The notes beneath the pieces were generated by a model that saw nothing but the letters and a program-made list of their open reading frames with translations, was not told the DNA's origin and ran no database searches. From assembly GCA_021809885.1 (NCBI GenBank), contig JAJZJY010000001.1, positions 1-51,313 of the forward strand: DNA of 51,313 nt. Direction: 5' to 3'. The stretch comes from Actinomycetes bacterium. GTDB lineage: Bacteria; Actinomycetota; Acidimicrobiia; Acidimicrobiales; Palsa-688. Every line of letters starts with the position of its first letter. Within the stretch, counting starts at the first letter, position 1. The position numbers and the translations under genes are program-made. Below are positions 11,480 to 20,034 of the stretch, in pieces.

Positions 11480-11719
11480 TTACCTCTTTGCTCTTTGCGC
11501 CGCAAGGGACGCTGGGGCCAGCGTGGATGGGGCTTCGTTCTCGGCGGCCGCCCTGTTCGCCTCGGCGAGAGCCAGGTAGATCTCCTGTCGATGAACGGGG
11601 ACCGATCTCGGAGCATCCACTCCGACTCGCACCTGCGTTCCGTCTATCTCGAGGATCTTGACGACGATGTTCTCGCCGACCGTGATGCACTGCCCGACCC
11701 GCCGTGTCAGGATGAGCAT
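11480..11719 (-). CDS. csrA: Carbon storage regulator CsrA (flagellar, FliW-partnered type)
   Basis: 79 aa. MLILTRRVGQCITVGENIVVKILEIDGTQVRVGVDAPRSVPVHRQEIY is the canonical CsrA fold sequence. SD AGAGG is upstream. Overlaps the fliW 3' end by 13 nt. Confidence 0.9.
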   Translation of the reverse strand: MLILTRRVGQCITVGENIVVKILEIDGTQVRVGVDAPRSVPVHRQEIYLALAEANRAAAENEAPSTLAPASLAAQRAKR

Positions 11720-12093
11720 CGTGCCGCCTCTAGGGACAGAGGGGCGGCGACAGGTGCCGAGAGGTCGCGTACGACGACCTGGGCGGCGAGACCGTTGTCG
11801 CGGTTGACCACCACGGGGCCGAGGAGGTTGGCGGTTACCGACGTGGCTGAGACCGTGAGGATCAGCCACACCACCACGGCGGAGGAATCACCGACCCCGA
11901 GGGTCTCGAGGGTGTCGTCGTCGATGACCATCGGGGCGATATCGGGGAAGAACGAGGCTGGTTCGGTGAGCATGACGAAGCTCGCGTCGGTCGCACTGAG
12001 GCGAACCAGGGGCGCCGGCCCCATGTGCTCGACATGAAACGAGCGTCGTCCGGGAAAGCCGGGAAGTCCGACGGGGAACTCGATCGCGTGCAC
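11707..12093 (-). CDS. fliW: Flagellar assembly factor FliW
   Basis: 128 aa. FPVGLPGFPGRRSF and ANLLGPVVVN motifs typical of FliW, directly upstream of csrA. GTG 12093 is the first possible start because an in-frame stop lies just upstream. Confidence 0.85.
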   Translation of the reverse strand: MHAIEFPVGLPGFPGRRSFHVEHMGPAPLVRLSATDASFVMLTEPASFFPDIAPMVIDDDTLETLGVGDSSAVVVWLILTVSATSVTANLLGPVVVNRDNGLAAQVVVRDLSAPVAAPLSLEAARCSS

Positions 12094-12096
12094 CTC

Positions 12097-12330
12097 TTAC
12101 CTATCGGCAGACCGACGGGAGTCGTCGGTACGATCGGGAGATGAATCGTCTTGGGAGGTGTAGGAGCGCCACAGACGAGCGAGGACCGAGGTCCCGCCAG
12201 AGACGATGACCAAGGCGACCAGGTAGCGGGTCAGGAGCCCGTATACCGAGAGGTTGCCGGAGGAGAAGACGACCAGGGCCGGCACGCAGATCACCACAGC
12301 AAGGGCTGCTAGCGTCGATGGGCGGGGCAT
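12097..12330 (-). CDS. Small two-TM membrane protein, unknown function
   Basis: 77 aa. Two hydrophobic helices and an acidic/Ser-rich tail. ATG start 9 nt after the flhA stop. Its last codons contain the GCCGATAG box of fliW. Confidence 0.5.
   Translation of the reverse strand: MPRPSTLAALAVVICVPALVVFSSGNLSVYGLLTRYLVALVIVSGGTSVLARLWRSYTSQDDSSPDRTDDSRRSADR
12101..12108 (-). promoter_or_regulatory. GCCGATAG box 7 nt upstream of the fliW GTG
   Basis: GCCGATAG-GTAAGAG-GTG(12093). Embedded in the last codons of the 77-aa ORF. Confidence 0.45.
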
Positions 12331-12339
12331 GACGTGTGC

Positions 12340-14382
12340 TCAGCCCCCGATAGGGACGGCGACCTCGAGGGTTCCTACGTGGTCGATGGTCCCTGAACGC
12401 GGGAGCTCAGCGATCGAGATGATGTTGAGCGTCGGGACTCTTATCGCCAGGAGCCGACGAAGCGCCGGGCGCAGCCGCCCGGAGCAGACCAGCACTACCC
12501 GCCGCCCGGTGTTCTCGACGTCCCTTGTCATGGATTCGGCAGTCTCGATCAGGCGCCGCAGGGTGTCGGGGTCGCCTCCGAGCACGCTCCCGTCCTCGCC
12601 TCGAACTATCGCCTCGCACAGCACCGCCTCGCTGGGTGGTGACAAGGTGATCGCGGCGAGCCGCCCGTCGCGCTGCCAAAGCGAGCAGATCGCCGGGCCG
12701 AGAGCGGTCCTGGCGGCCTCGAGAAGCCCTTCTGGGTCTTTGGACACCCGGGCCCGGTTGGCGAGAGCCTCGAGTACCCGCACGAAGTCCCGGATCGGGA
12801 CGCGCTCGGCCAGCAGGCCTCGACAGGCTCCGAGGACCTCCCCGGTGCTCACCTGGACCGCAGCCAGCTCTTCGAGGACCGCTGGGCTGTCCTGGCGAGC
12901 GACGTCCATCAGCTGGCGGACCTGTTGGAGCGAGAGCAGATCGGGGGCATGCGAGCGGATCACCTCGCCGAGATGGGTCACCAGCAGGGAGGTCCGATCC
13001 AGCACGGTGGCGCCCGCCATGACCGCCCTGGCCCGCGAGGCCGGCGCCACGATCACAGCCTCGAGTCCGAAGACGGGGTCCGTCGTCCTCTCGCCCTCGA
13101 TCTGGTCCAGACCATCTCCGATGGCGAGCATCGCCCCGAGCGGTGCCCCTCCTTCGGCGACCCCGACACCGTGCACCGAGATCTTGTAGCGGCCGGTCTC
13201 AAGCATCACGTCGTCCTTGATTGCGACGAGGGGGACGACAAAGCCGAGCTCTGTGGCGACGAAGCGGCGAAGATTGCGAACCTTGATCGGAAGCTCGCCA
13301 CCTTGCGCCGGGTCGAGGAGTGGAACGTAGTCTCTAGCGACGCTCAGCTCCAACGCCTCGACTCTCAGCTCGGCCGCCATCGCCGCGGGAGTCAGCTCCA
13401 CGGGGCCCGCGTCGGGGGTCTCCGACGCCACCACCGGGGCGTGGTCGTTGCCCAGGCGCCGACCGGCGATCACCGCAGCCAGCCCGATCGTCACGAAGGG
13501 GATCGTGGGCATGCCGGGGAAGATCCCGAGGAGCACCAGTACGCCGCCGGCGACCGTTACCGCTCGCGAGTGGCCTCTCACCTGGGTTACGAGGTCGTGG
13601 CCGAAGTCGTTGTCGCGGTCGCCCGCCCTGGTGACGACGATCCCGGTGGAGACCGACATCAAGAGCGCCGGGATCTGCGACGCGAGGCCGTCTCCGACAG
13701 ACAGCAGGCTGTAGGTCTTCACCGCCTGGCCGAGCGGGAGGTGACGTTCGACGACGCCTACGATCAGACCGCCGATCAGGTTGACCGCGACGATCACCAC
13801 GGCAGCGATGGCGTCGCCTTTCACGAAGCGGCTCGCCCCGTCCATCGCCCCGTAGAAGTCAGCCTCGGACATGATCTCGTTGCGCCGGCGACGGGCCTCG
13901 GCGGTGTCTATCAGCCCTGCGTTCAAGTCGGCGTCGATCGCCATCTGCTTGCCGGGCATGGCGTCGAGGGTGAAGCGGGCGGCGACCTCGGCGACCCTGC
14001 CGGCTCCGTTGGTGACGACGACGAACTGGATGATGATGATGATGAAGAACACGACGAGGCCGACGACGAGCGAGCCGCCGACCACGAAGTTCCCGAAGGA
14101 GGCGATTACAACCCCGGCGTAGCCGTGCAACAGCACCAGGCGGGTGACGCTGACGTTGAGCGCCAGGCGGAACAAGGTTGCGACGAGCAGCAAGGTGGGG
14201 AACGCCGAGAACTCGAGGGGTCTCTTGACCTGCAAGGCGATCGCCACGACGACCAGCGCGGCGGCCATGTTCGCGACTATCAGAAAGCTGATGAGAGTCG
14301 TCGGCAGCGGGATGATGAACAGGGCGATCGTGACGATCACTCCGAGCGGTACTCCGATCAGCCCGAGGCGATCCTTGTGCAT
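12340..14382 (-). CDS. flhA: Flagellar export apparatus protein FlhA
   Basis: 680 aa. N-terminal 8-TM domain with FPTLLLVATLFRLALNVSVTRLVL and the FHIPEP-type loop GAMDGASRFVKGDAIA, plus a large cytoplasmic domain. SD GGAGG is upstream of the ATG. Confidence 0.95.
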   Translation of the reverse strand: MHKDRLGLIGVPLGVIVTIALFIIPLPTTLISFLIVANMAAALVVVAIALQVKRPLEFSAFPTLLLVATLFRLALNVSVTRLVLLHGYAGVVIASFGNFVVGGSLVVGLVVFFIIIIIQFVVVTNGAGRVAEVAARFTLDAMPGKQMAIDADLNAGLIDTAEARRRRNEIMSEADFYGAMDGASRFVKGDAIAAVVIVAVNLIGGLIVGVVERHLPLGQAVKTYSLLSVGDGLASQIPALLMSVSTGIVVTRAGDRDNDFGHDLVTQVRGHSRAVTVAGGVLVLLGIFPGMPTIPFVTIGLAAVIAGRRLGNDHAPVVASETPDAGPVELTPAAMAAELRVEALELSVARDYVPLLDPAQGGELPIKVRNLRRFVATELGFVVPLVAIKDDVMLETGRYKISVHGVGVAEGGAPLGAMLAIGDGLDQIEGERTTDPVFGLEAVIVAPASRARAVMAGATVLDRTSLLVTHLGEVIRSHAPDLLSLQQVRQLMDVARQDSPAVLEELAAVQVSTGEVLGACRGLLAERVPIRDFVRVLEALANRARVSKDPEGLLEAARTALGPAICSLWQRDGRLAAITLSPPSEAVLCEAIVRGEDGSVLGGDPDTLRRLIETAESMTRDVENTGRRVVLVCSGRLRPALRRLLAIRVPTLNIISIAELPRSGTIDHVGTLEVAVPIGG

Positions 14383-14405
14383 GAGCAGTCGATCCTCCTG
14401 CCCAT

Positions 14406-14413
14406 CTATCGGC
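14406..14413 (-). promoter_or_regulatory. GCCGATAG box upstream of flhA (23-nt leader with GGAGG SD)
   Basis: GCCGATAG-ATGGGCAGGAGGATCGACTGCTC-ATG(14382). Confidence 0.45.
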
Positions 14414-14449
14414 AGGGCGTGGCGTCCGGCGCGCCCCGGCGGTCTCGGC

Positions 14450-14719
14450 TCAGGCCCAGTCGTGCATGATCGAGGCGCGCGGGAGGGCGGCTATGCGCTC
14501 GCGCACCTCCAGCGCCCGGCGGTTGATCGTCGCTTCGAGCTCTCGGCTGCGGGCCCACGCCGACGCAGCCTGCTCGGCCATGTCAGCGGGCAGCTCCCCC
14601 AGAGCGGGCGGCGGCTGCGGAGGCGGGCCGGGTGCGAAGGCTGACGCCGAGTCGAAGTAGTCCGACAGGGCCGCGAGATAGCTCACCCAGGCGGCTCTGT
14701 CAGAGACGGTGCCTCTCAC
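14450..14719 (-). CDS. Hypothetical 89-aa protein translationally coupled to flgL
   Basis: GTG 14719 forms a GTGA overlap with the flgL stop (14716). Pro-rich centre and a predicted helical C-terminus (ELEATINRRALEVRERIAAL). I recognise no family. Confidence 0.45.
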   Translation of the reverse strand: MRGTVSDRAAWVSYLAALSDYFDSASAFAPGPPPQPPPALGELPADMAEQAASAWARSRELEATINRRALEVRERIAALPRASIMHDWA

Positions 14720-15612
14720 GGCAGGTACTGGAGGATGCTCGAGGTGACCGAGGAGACCTGGGATGTCGCCCACAGGGCCGCTTGGAGGCTGGACTGGCGT
14801 AGCTGCAAGGCGGTGGCAACCTTCGCCAGGTTGGTGGACGAAAGGCTCGACACCTGATCCCCGAGCGTCTGGGAGGCGAGGCCGGCCGCGGTGCCCGCCG
14901 CGCTCATCTGGTCGTACTGAGCCCCGAGCGTCGCAGCCGAGCTCTCTGCTGTGGCGTAGGAGGCGTTGATCGCGGCGAGATCGGAGTTGAGCACAGCGGA
15001 GGTGTTGCCGGCGCTCAAGTCGGCAACGGTCTGGGAGAGAACTCCGAACAGCCCGGTGGCCCCCGACCCGAACACCGCGGTACCGGGGACCCCGACTGGA
15101 AGCTGGGTTCCTGACGCGACGGTGCGGGTCGCGACCACCCCGTTGCCGGCGTAGTTGCCGGCCGCGTCATAGGCCTGCCTGGCGCCGGAGGTCCCCCCGA
15201 AGATGGCGTAGCCCTCGTAGGTGGTGTTCGCCTCGGTGAGCAGGCTCGTCGCGATCGACTTCACCTTGGTGGCGAGAGCTGCCATGCCAACCGGCGAGGT
15301 CTGGGCGGTCGACACCGACAGCACCGCTTGTTGGACCTGGCTGATCTGGTCGATGACGCTGTTCATCGTCGAGGTGAACAGCCCGAGACGGCTGACCCCG
15401 TCGGCAGCGGAGGTCACATACCCGTTCGTCACCGCTTGGGCGGCCTGGGCGCTGAGGGTCTGGACCGCTCCCGCCGGGTTGTCCGACGGGGCGAGGATCG
15501 ACGTCCCGGTCGCCAGCTCCTGGCTGAGATGCTGGATGCTCGCCTGCGTCGAATCGACGGTGGAGAGGAGCTCGGAGGCGAACGATGTGGTGGTGGCAGG
15601 TAGGACGCTCAC
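14716..15612 (-). CDS. flgL: Hook-filament junction protein FlgL (HAP3)
   Basis: 298 aa, flagellin-like. N-terminal SELLSTVDSTQASIQHLSQELATG and a C-terminal helical region (LQLRQSSLQAALWATSQV). GTG 15612 gives a GTGA overlap with the flgK stop. Confidence 0.85.
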   Translation of the reverse strand: MSVLPATTTSFASELLSTVDSTQASIQHLSQELATGTSILAPSDNPAGAVQTLSAQAAQAVTNGYVTSAADGVSRLGLFTSTMNSVIDQISQVQQAVLSVSTAQTSPVGMAALATKVKSIATSLLTEANTTYEGYAIFGGTSGARQAYDAAGNYAGNGVVATRTVASGTQLPVGVPGTAVFGSGATGLFGVLSQTVADLSAGNTSAVLNSDLAAINASYATAESSAATLGAQYDQMSAAGTAAGLASQTLGDQVSSLSSTNLAKVATALQLRQSSLQAALWATSQVSSVTSSILQYLP

Positions 15613-16979
15613 GGGATGGCCGCCAGGAGCGAGGAGAACATCGTCGCGGCGGTCCCGATCACCTTTCCGGCTGCCTCGTACATCTGCTGGTAGCCGACCA
15701 TCTTGGTGAGCTGGGTGTTGGTGTCCACACCCTCGGTGGCGCTCGCCTGGGAGGCCGCCTGGGATGCCGCCTGGGATGTCTGGGTTTGGGCGGCCGTGGC
15801 GGCGGCCACAGCGGACCCGACCTGCCCGACCAGGGCCCGGTAGAGGCTGTCGGGGCCACCTGCGAGCCCGGAGAGCGAAGCGAGGGTCTGGGCGTTGCTC
15901 CCGTCGAGAGGCCCGGCGGCAACCGACGATCCTGCCGCTATCGTCGCAGGCGCGGCGGCCATCGCCGGGGCCACCTCGATGGTCGAGGCTGTCACCGGCC
16001 CGGTCCCCGACGAGGTGAACATCGGGGTGCCAACCGCCGACGTGGCGGTTGCCGATCCGAGCGGGTTCCACGAGACGCCTTGCGCGAGCTGCCCGTTGAC
16101 TGCGGAGGCAAAGTCGCCTGCGACGGTGCTCAAGGACGTCGACCACGACGGCAGGTCGCTCGACAGCGCAACCATCATCCCTGCCGCCTGCCCGGAGGTG
16201 AGGGGCAAGGGTGCCCCGGTTCCCGAGACGCCGATCGAGGTGGCCGGTCCGGTGCCCGTGACACTCAGTATCGAAGCCGTCGTCGCCTGCACGAGGAGAA
16301 ACCCGCCGACTCTGACGTTCACCGCCCCGGTAGCCGACGTCGTGGTGGTCGCACCTATCTCGCTCGCGAGGCTCGCCGCGAGCGAGCTTTGCTGCTCGAC
16401 GAGTCCGTTCTGGCCTGCCTCTGCGCCCGATCCAGCCACCACCGCCTTGTTCAACGCGGCCATCTGCGAGAGCTGCGCGTTGACCTGGCCGACCAGCTGC
16501 CCGAGGCCGGCCTGGGTCCCTTGGGTGACAGAGACGAGACCCGACGCGAGAGAGTGGAAGGTGTCTACTACCTGGTTCGCGGCTCCGAGGAGGGTGGAAC
16601 GAGCGGCAAGGCTGCCCGGGTTGTTGGCCACAGCCGTCCAGTCCGACCAGAACGCGGAGAGCTGGGATTGCAGTCCTGAGCTGGTCGGCTCGTTGAACAG
16701 CGACTGAGCGGCGGACAGGGCCTGTGCTTCGGAGCTGGCGGCACCGGCCTGGGCCGACGTCGCCTGGGACAGCGTGTTGAGCACCTGGTTGGTCTCGACG
16801 GTGACCGCCGAGACGGCGACACCGGATCCGACCGCGTTGTTGCCGCCGGGCAACGCAGCGAGCTGGGCGGACTGTCGGACATATCCTGCCGTTTGGGCGT
16901 TGGCGAGGTTCTCCGCCACGGTGTCCATGCCGACCTGGGCAGCCTCCACTCCCGACAGGGCGGTTCCGATGACGCTCAC
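15609..16979 (-). CDS. flgK: Hook-filament junction protein FlgK (HAP1)
   Basis: 456 aa. N-terminus is IGTALSGVEAAQVGMDTVAENLANAQTAGY (rod/hook N-terminal motif). C-terminus is TQLTKMVGYQQMYEAAGKVI. GTG 16979 gives a GTGA overlap with the upstream gene. Confidence 0.85.
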   Translation of the reverse strand: MSVIGTALSGVEAAQVGMDTVAENLANAQTAGYVRQSAQLAALPGGNNAVGSGVAVSAVTVETNQVLNTLSQATSAQAGAASSEAQALSAAQSLFNEPTSSGLQSQLSAFWSDWTAVANNPGSLAARSTLLGAANQVVDTFHSLASGLVSVTQGTQAGLGQLVGQVNAQLSQMAALNKAVVAGSGAEAGQNGLVEQQSSLAASLASEIGATTTTSATGAVNVRVGGFLLVQATTASILSVTGTGPATSIGVSGTGAPLPLTSGQAAGMMVALSSDLPSWSTSLSTVAGDFASAVNGQLAQGVSWNPLGSATATSAVGTPMFTSSGTGPVTASTIEVAPAMAAAPATIAAGSSVAAGPLDGSNAQTLASLSGLAGGPDSLYRALVGQVGSAVAAATAAQTQTSQAASQAASQASATEGVDTNTQLTKMVGYQQMYEAAGKVIGTAATMFSSLLAAIP

Positions 16980-17401
16980 ACCAAGAGCCCCCCGTCGGGG
17001 TCGGATCGGACCAAGCGGAGACATCCGTCGGCTCCGTACTCTCGGTGTCCGTCCAGAGCGCCGAGAGCGTCCTGGGCGGCCAGAAGTCTCGTTGCGATCA
17101 GGGTGGAGGCCTCCGACGCTCTGCGCGACGAGAGGGTCAGCATCTCCTTGAACTCGATCCAAGCCCCGGCCACTGAGGGGTCGGTCGTGGTCCCAGCGGA
17201 GCTGAGCTCCTCCAAGCCGTCGTTGTCGAAGGTCCTGGCCGCGTCGACGACGGCTGCGGTCAGCTCCTCTTGGGCGAGGTCGATGAGGCGCCGCGGACGG
17301 TCTGCGCTCACCAGCAGCTCGAGCTCCTCGACTCGCAGCAGGATGCGCTCAGCGGCGTGCACTCCACGGCTGAGCACTTCGGTGACATCTGTTCGACCCA
17401 T
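16976..17401 (-). CDS. FlgN-like export chaperone (putative)
   Basis: 141 aa, helical and acidic, immediately upstream of and coupled to flgK. Called by position and composition only. ATG 17401 was chosen because it lies 7 nt after a GCCGATAG box. Confidence 0.5.
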   Translation of the reverse strand: MGRTDVTEVLSRGVHAAERILLRVEELELLVSADRPRRLIDLAQEELTAAVVDAARTFDNDGLEELSSAGTTTDPSVAGAWIEFKEMLTLSSRRASEASTLIATRLLAAQDALGALDGHREYGADGCLRLVRSDPDGGLLV

Positions 17402-17408
17402 GCCACAG

Positions 17409-17416
17409 CTATCGGC
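17409..17416 (-). promoter_or_regulatory. GCCGATAG box 7 nt upstream of the flgN-like ATG
   Basis: GCCGATAG-CTGTGGC-ATG(17401). Confidence 0.5.
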
Positions 17417-17453
17417 ACCCAGCAGCGCCGTTCCGCGGCTCGGCACGACATTT

Positions 17454-17483
17454 CTCACCCAGGTATGGCACCGATGCCGATAG
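17454..17483 (+). promoter_or_regulatory. Sigma-28-type promoter, CTCA-N18-GCCGATAG, 7 nt upstream of the GT2-GT4-MT GTG
   Basis: CTCA (17454-17457), 18 nt, GCCGATAG (17476-17483), TTGGTAG, GTG (17491). Confidence 0.55.
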
Positions 17484-17490
17484 TTGGTAG

Positions 17491-20034
17491 GTGGATCTCG
17501 CTTGCTTCGACGTGACCTTGGTGTTGGTGACCCGGGACCGTGCGGACCTCACGCTCGCCTTCGTGCAGGCGCTCGCCAAGGTATCACCTCCTTCGGACTT
17601 CGAGGTCGTGATCGTCGACAACGGATCGTCCGACGCCACCTCTGCCCTGCTCGCCATCCTCGGAGGCGACGTGAAGACGATACGCAACGACCGCGAGGCC
17701 GGCTTCGCTGCCGCCTGCAACCAAGGTGCGGCTGTGGCAGCAGGTCGACATCTCGTCTTCGCCGAGGCTCGCTGCGAGCCCCTCGCCGGGTGGATGCGAG
17801 CCATGGTAGGTCTGCTCGACGCTCACGCCCAGATCGGCGCCGTCGCCCCGAGGCTGATCGCGCCCGACACCACGATGCACTCGGGCGGTCTCGCGCTGGC
17901 CTCGCGAGGCGAGACCCTTGAAGCGGTCCCCCGCCTGAGAGGGATCCCAGCCAGCGACTCCCGTTCGGCCACGCCGAGAGAGGTCGACGCTGCCTCCTCG
18001 ACGTGCATGGCGGTTCGCCGAGAGGCCTTCGAGTCGCTCGGAGGCTTCGACGAGGGCTACCTTCACGGCGGCGGAGACGTCGAGTTGTGCCTGGCGATCG
18101 CCGACGCCGGGTGGAAGATCGTCTACGAGCCGGCCGCAATGCTGATGGTCAAAGGGACTTCCCTTCCGGGGTGCGGCGACCTCGTGCTCTGCGCTGCCGA
18201 CCGCGACCGGCTGAACCGGCGCTGGGGGACGCGGGTGGCGCCATCTGTGGACCTGGGAGGCGACGGGGCTCCACGAGAGGTGCGACGACACCTGAGGGAG
18301 GCGCGCTCCGGGCATCGTGGCGCGAACGTGGCGGGCTTCTTCGACGCCGAGCTCGGTATCGGCCAGTCTGCCCGTCTGGTGGTGGACGCTCTCGAGGCGT
18401 CGTCGGTCGATGTCGTCTCGTCCTCGTACTACCGACATCTGAACCGGGCCGCTCAGCGCTTCGAGCGCCGCGGCGACGCGAGCTCCCCGTGGGATCTCAA
18501 CATCATCTGCGTGAACGGAGACATGCTCGGACTGTTCGCTCTCGAGGCTGGGGAAAGGTTCTTTCGGGATCGCTACAGCGTGGCGATGTGGCACTGGGAA
18601 CTCGAGGAGCTCCCGGAGAGCCATGTCAGAGCGATCGACCTCGTCGACGAGATATGGGTCGGATCGGAGTTCACCAGAGCGGCGGTGAGCGCCTGCACCG
18701 ACAAGACGGTGAGAACCGTGCCGCTACCGGTCGCCCGGCGACGAGGTGGGTCGGTCGAGGCCCACAGCCGCGAGGAGATGGGAATCCCGGAGGGTTTCGT
18801 CTTCGGCTTCATGTACGACGCCAACTCGATCGCGGCGCGTAAGAACCCCGACGGTCTGATCTCCGCCTTCTGTGACGCCTTCGAAGACGGCGAGGGGCCG
18901 GCACTCGTCGTCAAGACGATCAACGCAGGGGCGAGGCCAGACGTTGCCGCAGCGCTTGCACGCCAGGCGTCTCGGCGCAGCGACATCACCGTGGTGGACC
19001 GCTACCTCGACCGCTCCCAGGTGGGGGCCTGGACCGGCTTGGTCGACTGCTACGTCTCGTTGCACCGCTCCGAGGGGTTCGGCCTCACCATCGCCGAGGC
19101 GATGTCGTGGGGAACGGCGGTGATAGCGACCGCGTACTCGGGCAACCTCGACTACATGACCGACGACAACTCCTACCTGGTGCCTTGGGTGCCGGCCGAG
19201 GTGCCAGCCGATGCCGCCCCCTACCCACGGGGCGCCAGATGGGCCGAGCCGGACATGGCATGCGCCTCCGCCATGCTGCGCAGCGTGTGGGAGGACCCCG
19301 ACGGCGCCAGGGCACGCGGGGCGAGGGGAAAGGCCGACATCGCACGAACCCATGGGATCGAGGCGGCGAAAGCGGTCGTCGAAGAGCGCCTGGAGGCCAT
19401 CGAGGCCACGATGGCCGCCAGGCGCAAGAGGGCGCACAGCGCCAAGCCCTCCCCTTGTCCGACCCTGGTGCCACACCCCGACTTCGGCACCGGGGTGCGC
19501 TTCGGGACCGCCGACTCGGCGCTGCCAGCCGACGCTTCGGCCCCGCTGCGACTCAATCTCGGAGCTGGCGACGAGCCCCGACGCGGCTTTGTGTCGATCG
19601 ACATGCGTCGCGACGTAGCCGACGTGGTGGCTGCGCTCGAACGCCTCCCCTTCCCCGGCGCGACCGTCGCCGAGATCCTCGCCTCCGACGTGCTGGAGCA
19701 CTTCCCTGCCTCGCGCACAGCGGAGCTGCTCGCCGAGTGGAACCGGGTGGCCGTCATGGGGGCCAAGATCACCGTCAGGGTCCCCAATCTGCTCGCCCTG
19801 GCACAGCTGCTAGTGGCCCACCCCCACACACGGGTCAACGTCATTCGCAACATCTACGGCGGTCACCGCTGGGGGCCGGATGGGGCCTGGGACACGCATC
19901 ACACTGGATGGACGCCCGACATGCTCGCAGCCGAGCTCGTCGCAGCAGGCTTCGTCGTGCTCAGCGACGACGGTGACACCAACAACACCGTCGTCGCCAT
20001 GAAGGTCGCGGAGCCGAGCCGACAACGCGCCTAG
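17491..20034 (+). CDS. Tri-domain enzyme: GT2 glycosyltransferase - GT4 (group 1) glycosyltransferase - SAM-dependent methyltransferase
   Basis: 847 aa. GT2: VIVDNGSSDAT...GGDVELC. GT4: EGFGLTIAEAMSWGTAVIATAYSGNLDYM. Methyltransferase: LNLGAGDEPRRGFVSIDM...ASDVLEHF. The GTG start is 7 nt after GCCGATAG. Its stop shares the tetranucleotide CTAG with the convergent flhB stop. Confidence 0.85.
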   Translation: MDLACFDVTLVLVTRDRADLTLAFVQALAKVSPPSDFEVVIVDNGSSDATSALLAILGGDVKTIRNDREAGFAAACNQGAAVAAGRHLVFAEARCEPLAGWMRAMVGLLDAHAQIGAVAPRLIAPDTTMHSGGLALASRGETLEAVPRLRGIPASDSRSATPREVDAASSTCMAVRREAFESLGGFDEGYLHGGGDVELCLAIADAGWKIVYEPAAMLMVKGTSLPGCGDLVLCAADRDRLNRRWGTRVAPSVDLGGDGAPREVRRHLREARSGHRGANVAGFFDAELGIGQSARLVVDALEASSVDVVSSSYYRHLNRAAQRFERRGDASSPWDLNIICVNGDMLGLFALEAGERFFRDRYSVAMWHWELEELPESHVRAIDLVDEIWVGSEFTRAAVSACTDKTVRTVPLPVARRRGGSVEAHSREEMGIPEGFVFGFMYDANSIAARKNPDGLISAFCDAFEDGEGPALVVKTINAGARPDVAAALARQASRRSDITVVDRYLDRSQVGAWTGLVDCYVSLHRSEGFGLTIAEAMSWGTAVIATAYSGNLDYMTDDNSYLVPWVPAEVPADAAPYPRGARWAEPDMACASAMLRSVWEDPDGARARGARGKADIARTHGIEAAKAVVEERLEAIEATMAARRKRAHSAKPSPCPTLVPHPDFGTGVRFGTADSALPADASAPLRLNLGAGDEPRRGFVSIDMRRDVADVVAALERLPFPGATVAEILASDVLEHFPASRTAELLAEWNRVAVMGAKITVRVPNLLALAQLLVAHPHTRVNVIRNIYGGHRWGPDGAWDTHHTGWTPDMLAAELVAAGFVVLSDDGDTNNTVVAMKVAEPSRQRA

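Noticed and set aside
20031-20034. The convergent flhB and GT2-GT4-MT genes share the palindromic tetranucleotide CTAG as overlapping stop codons.
   Set aside because: The overlap is real but is likely a trivial consequence of tight packing. No hairpin or terminator is evident around it.
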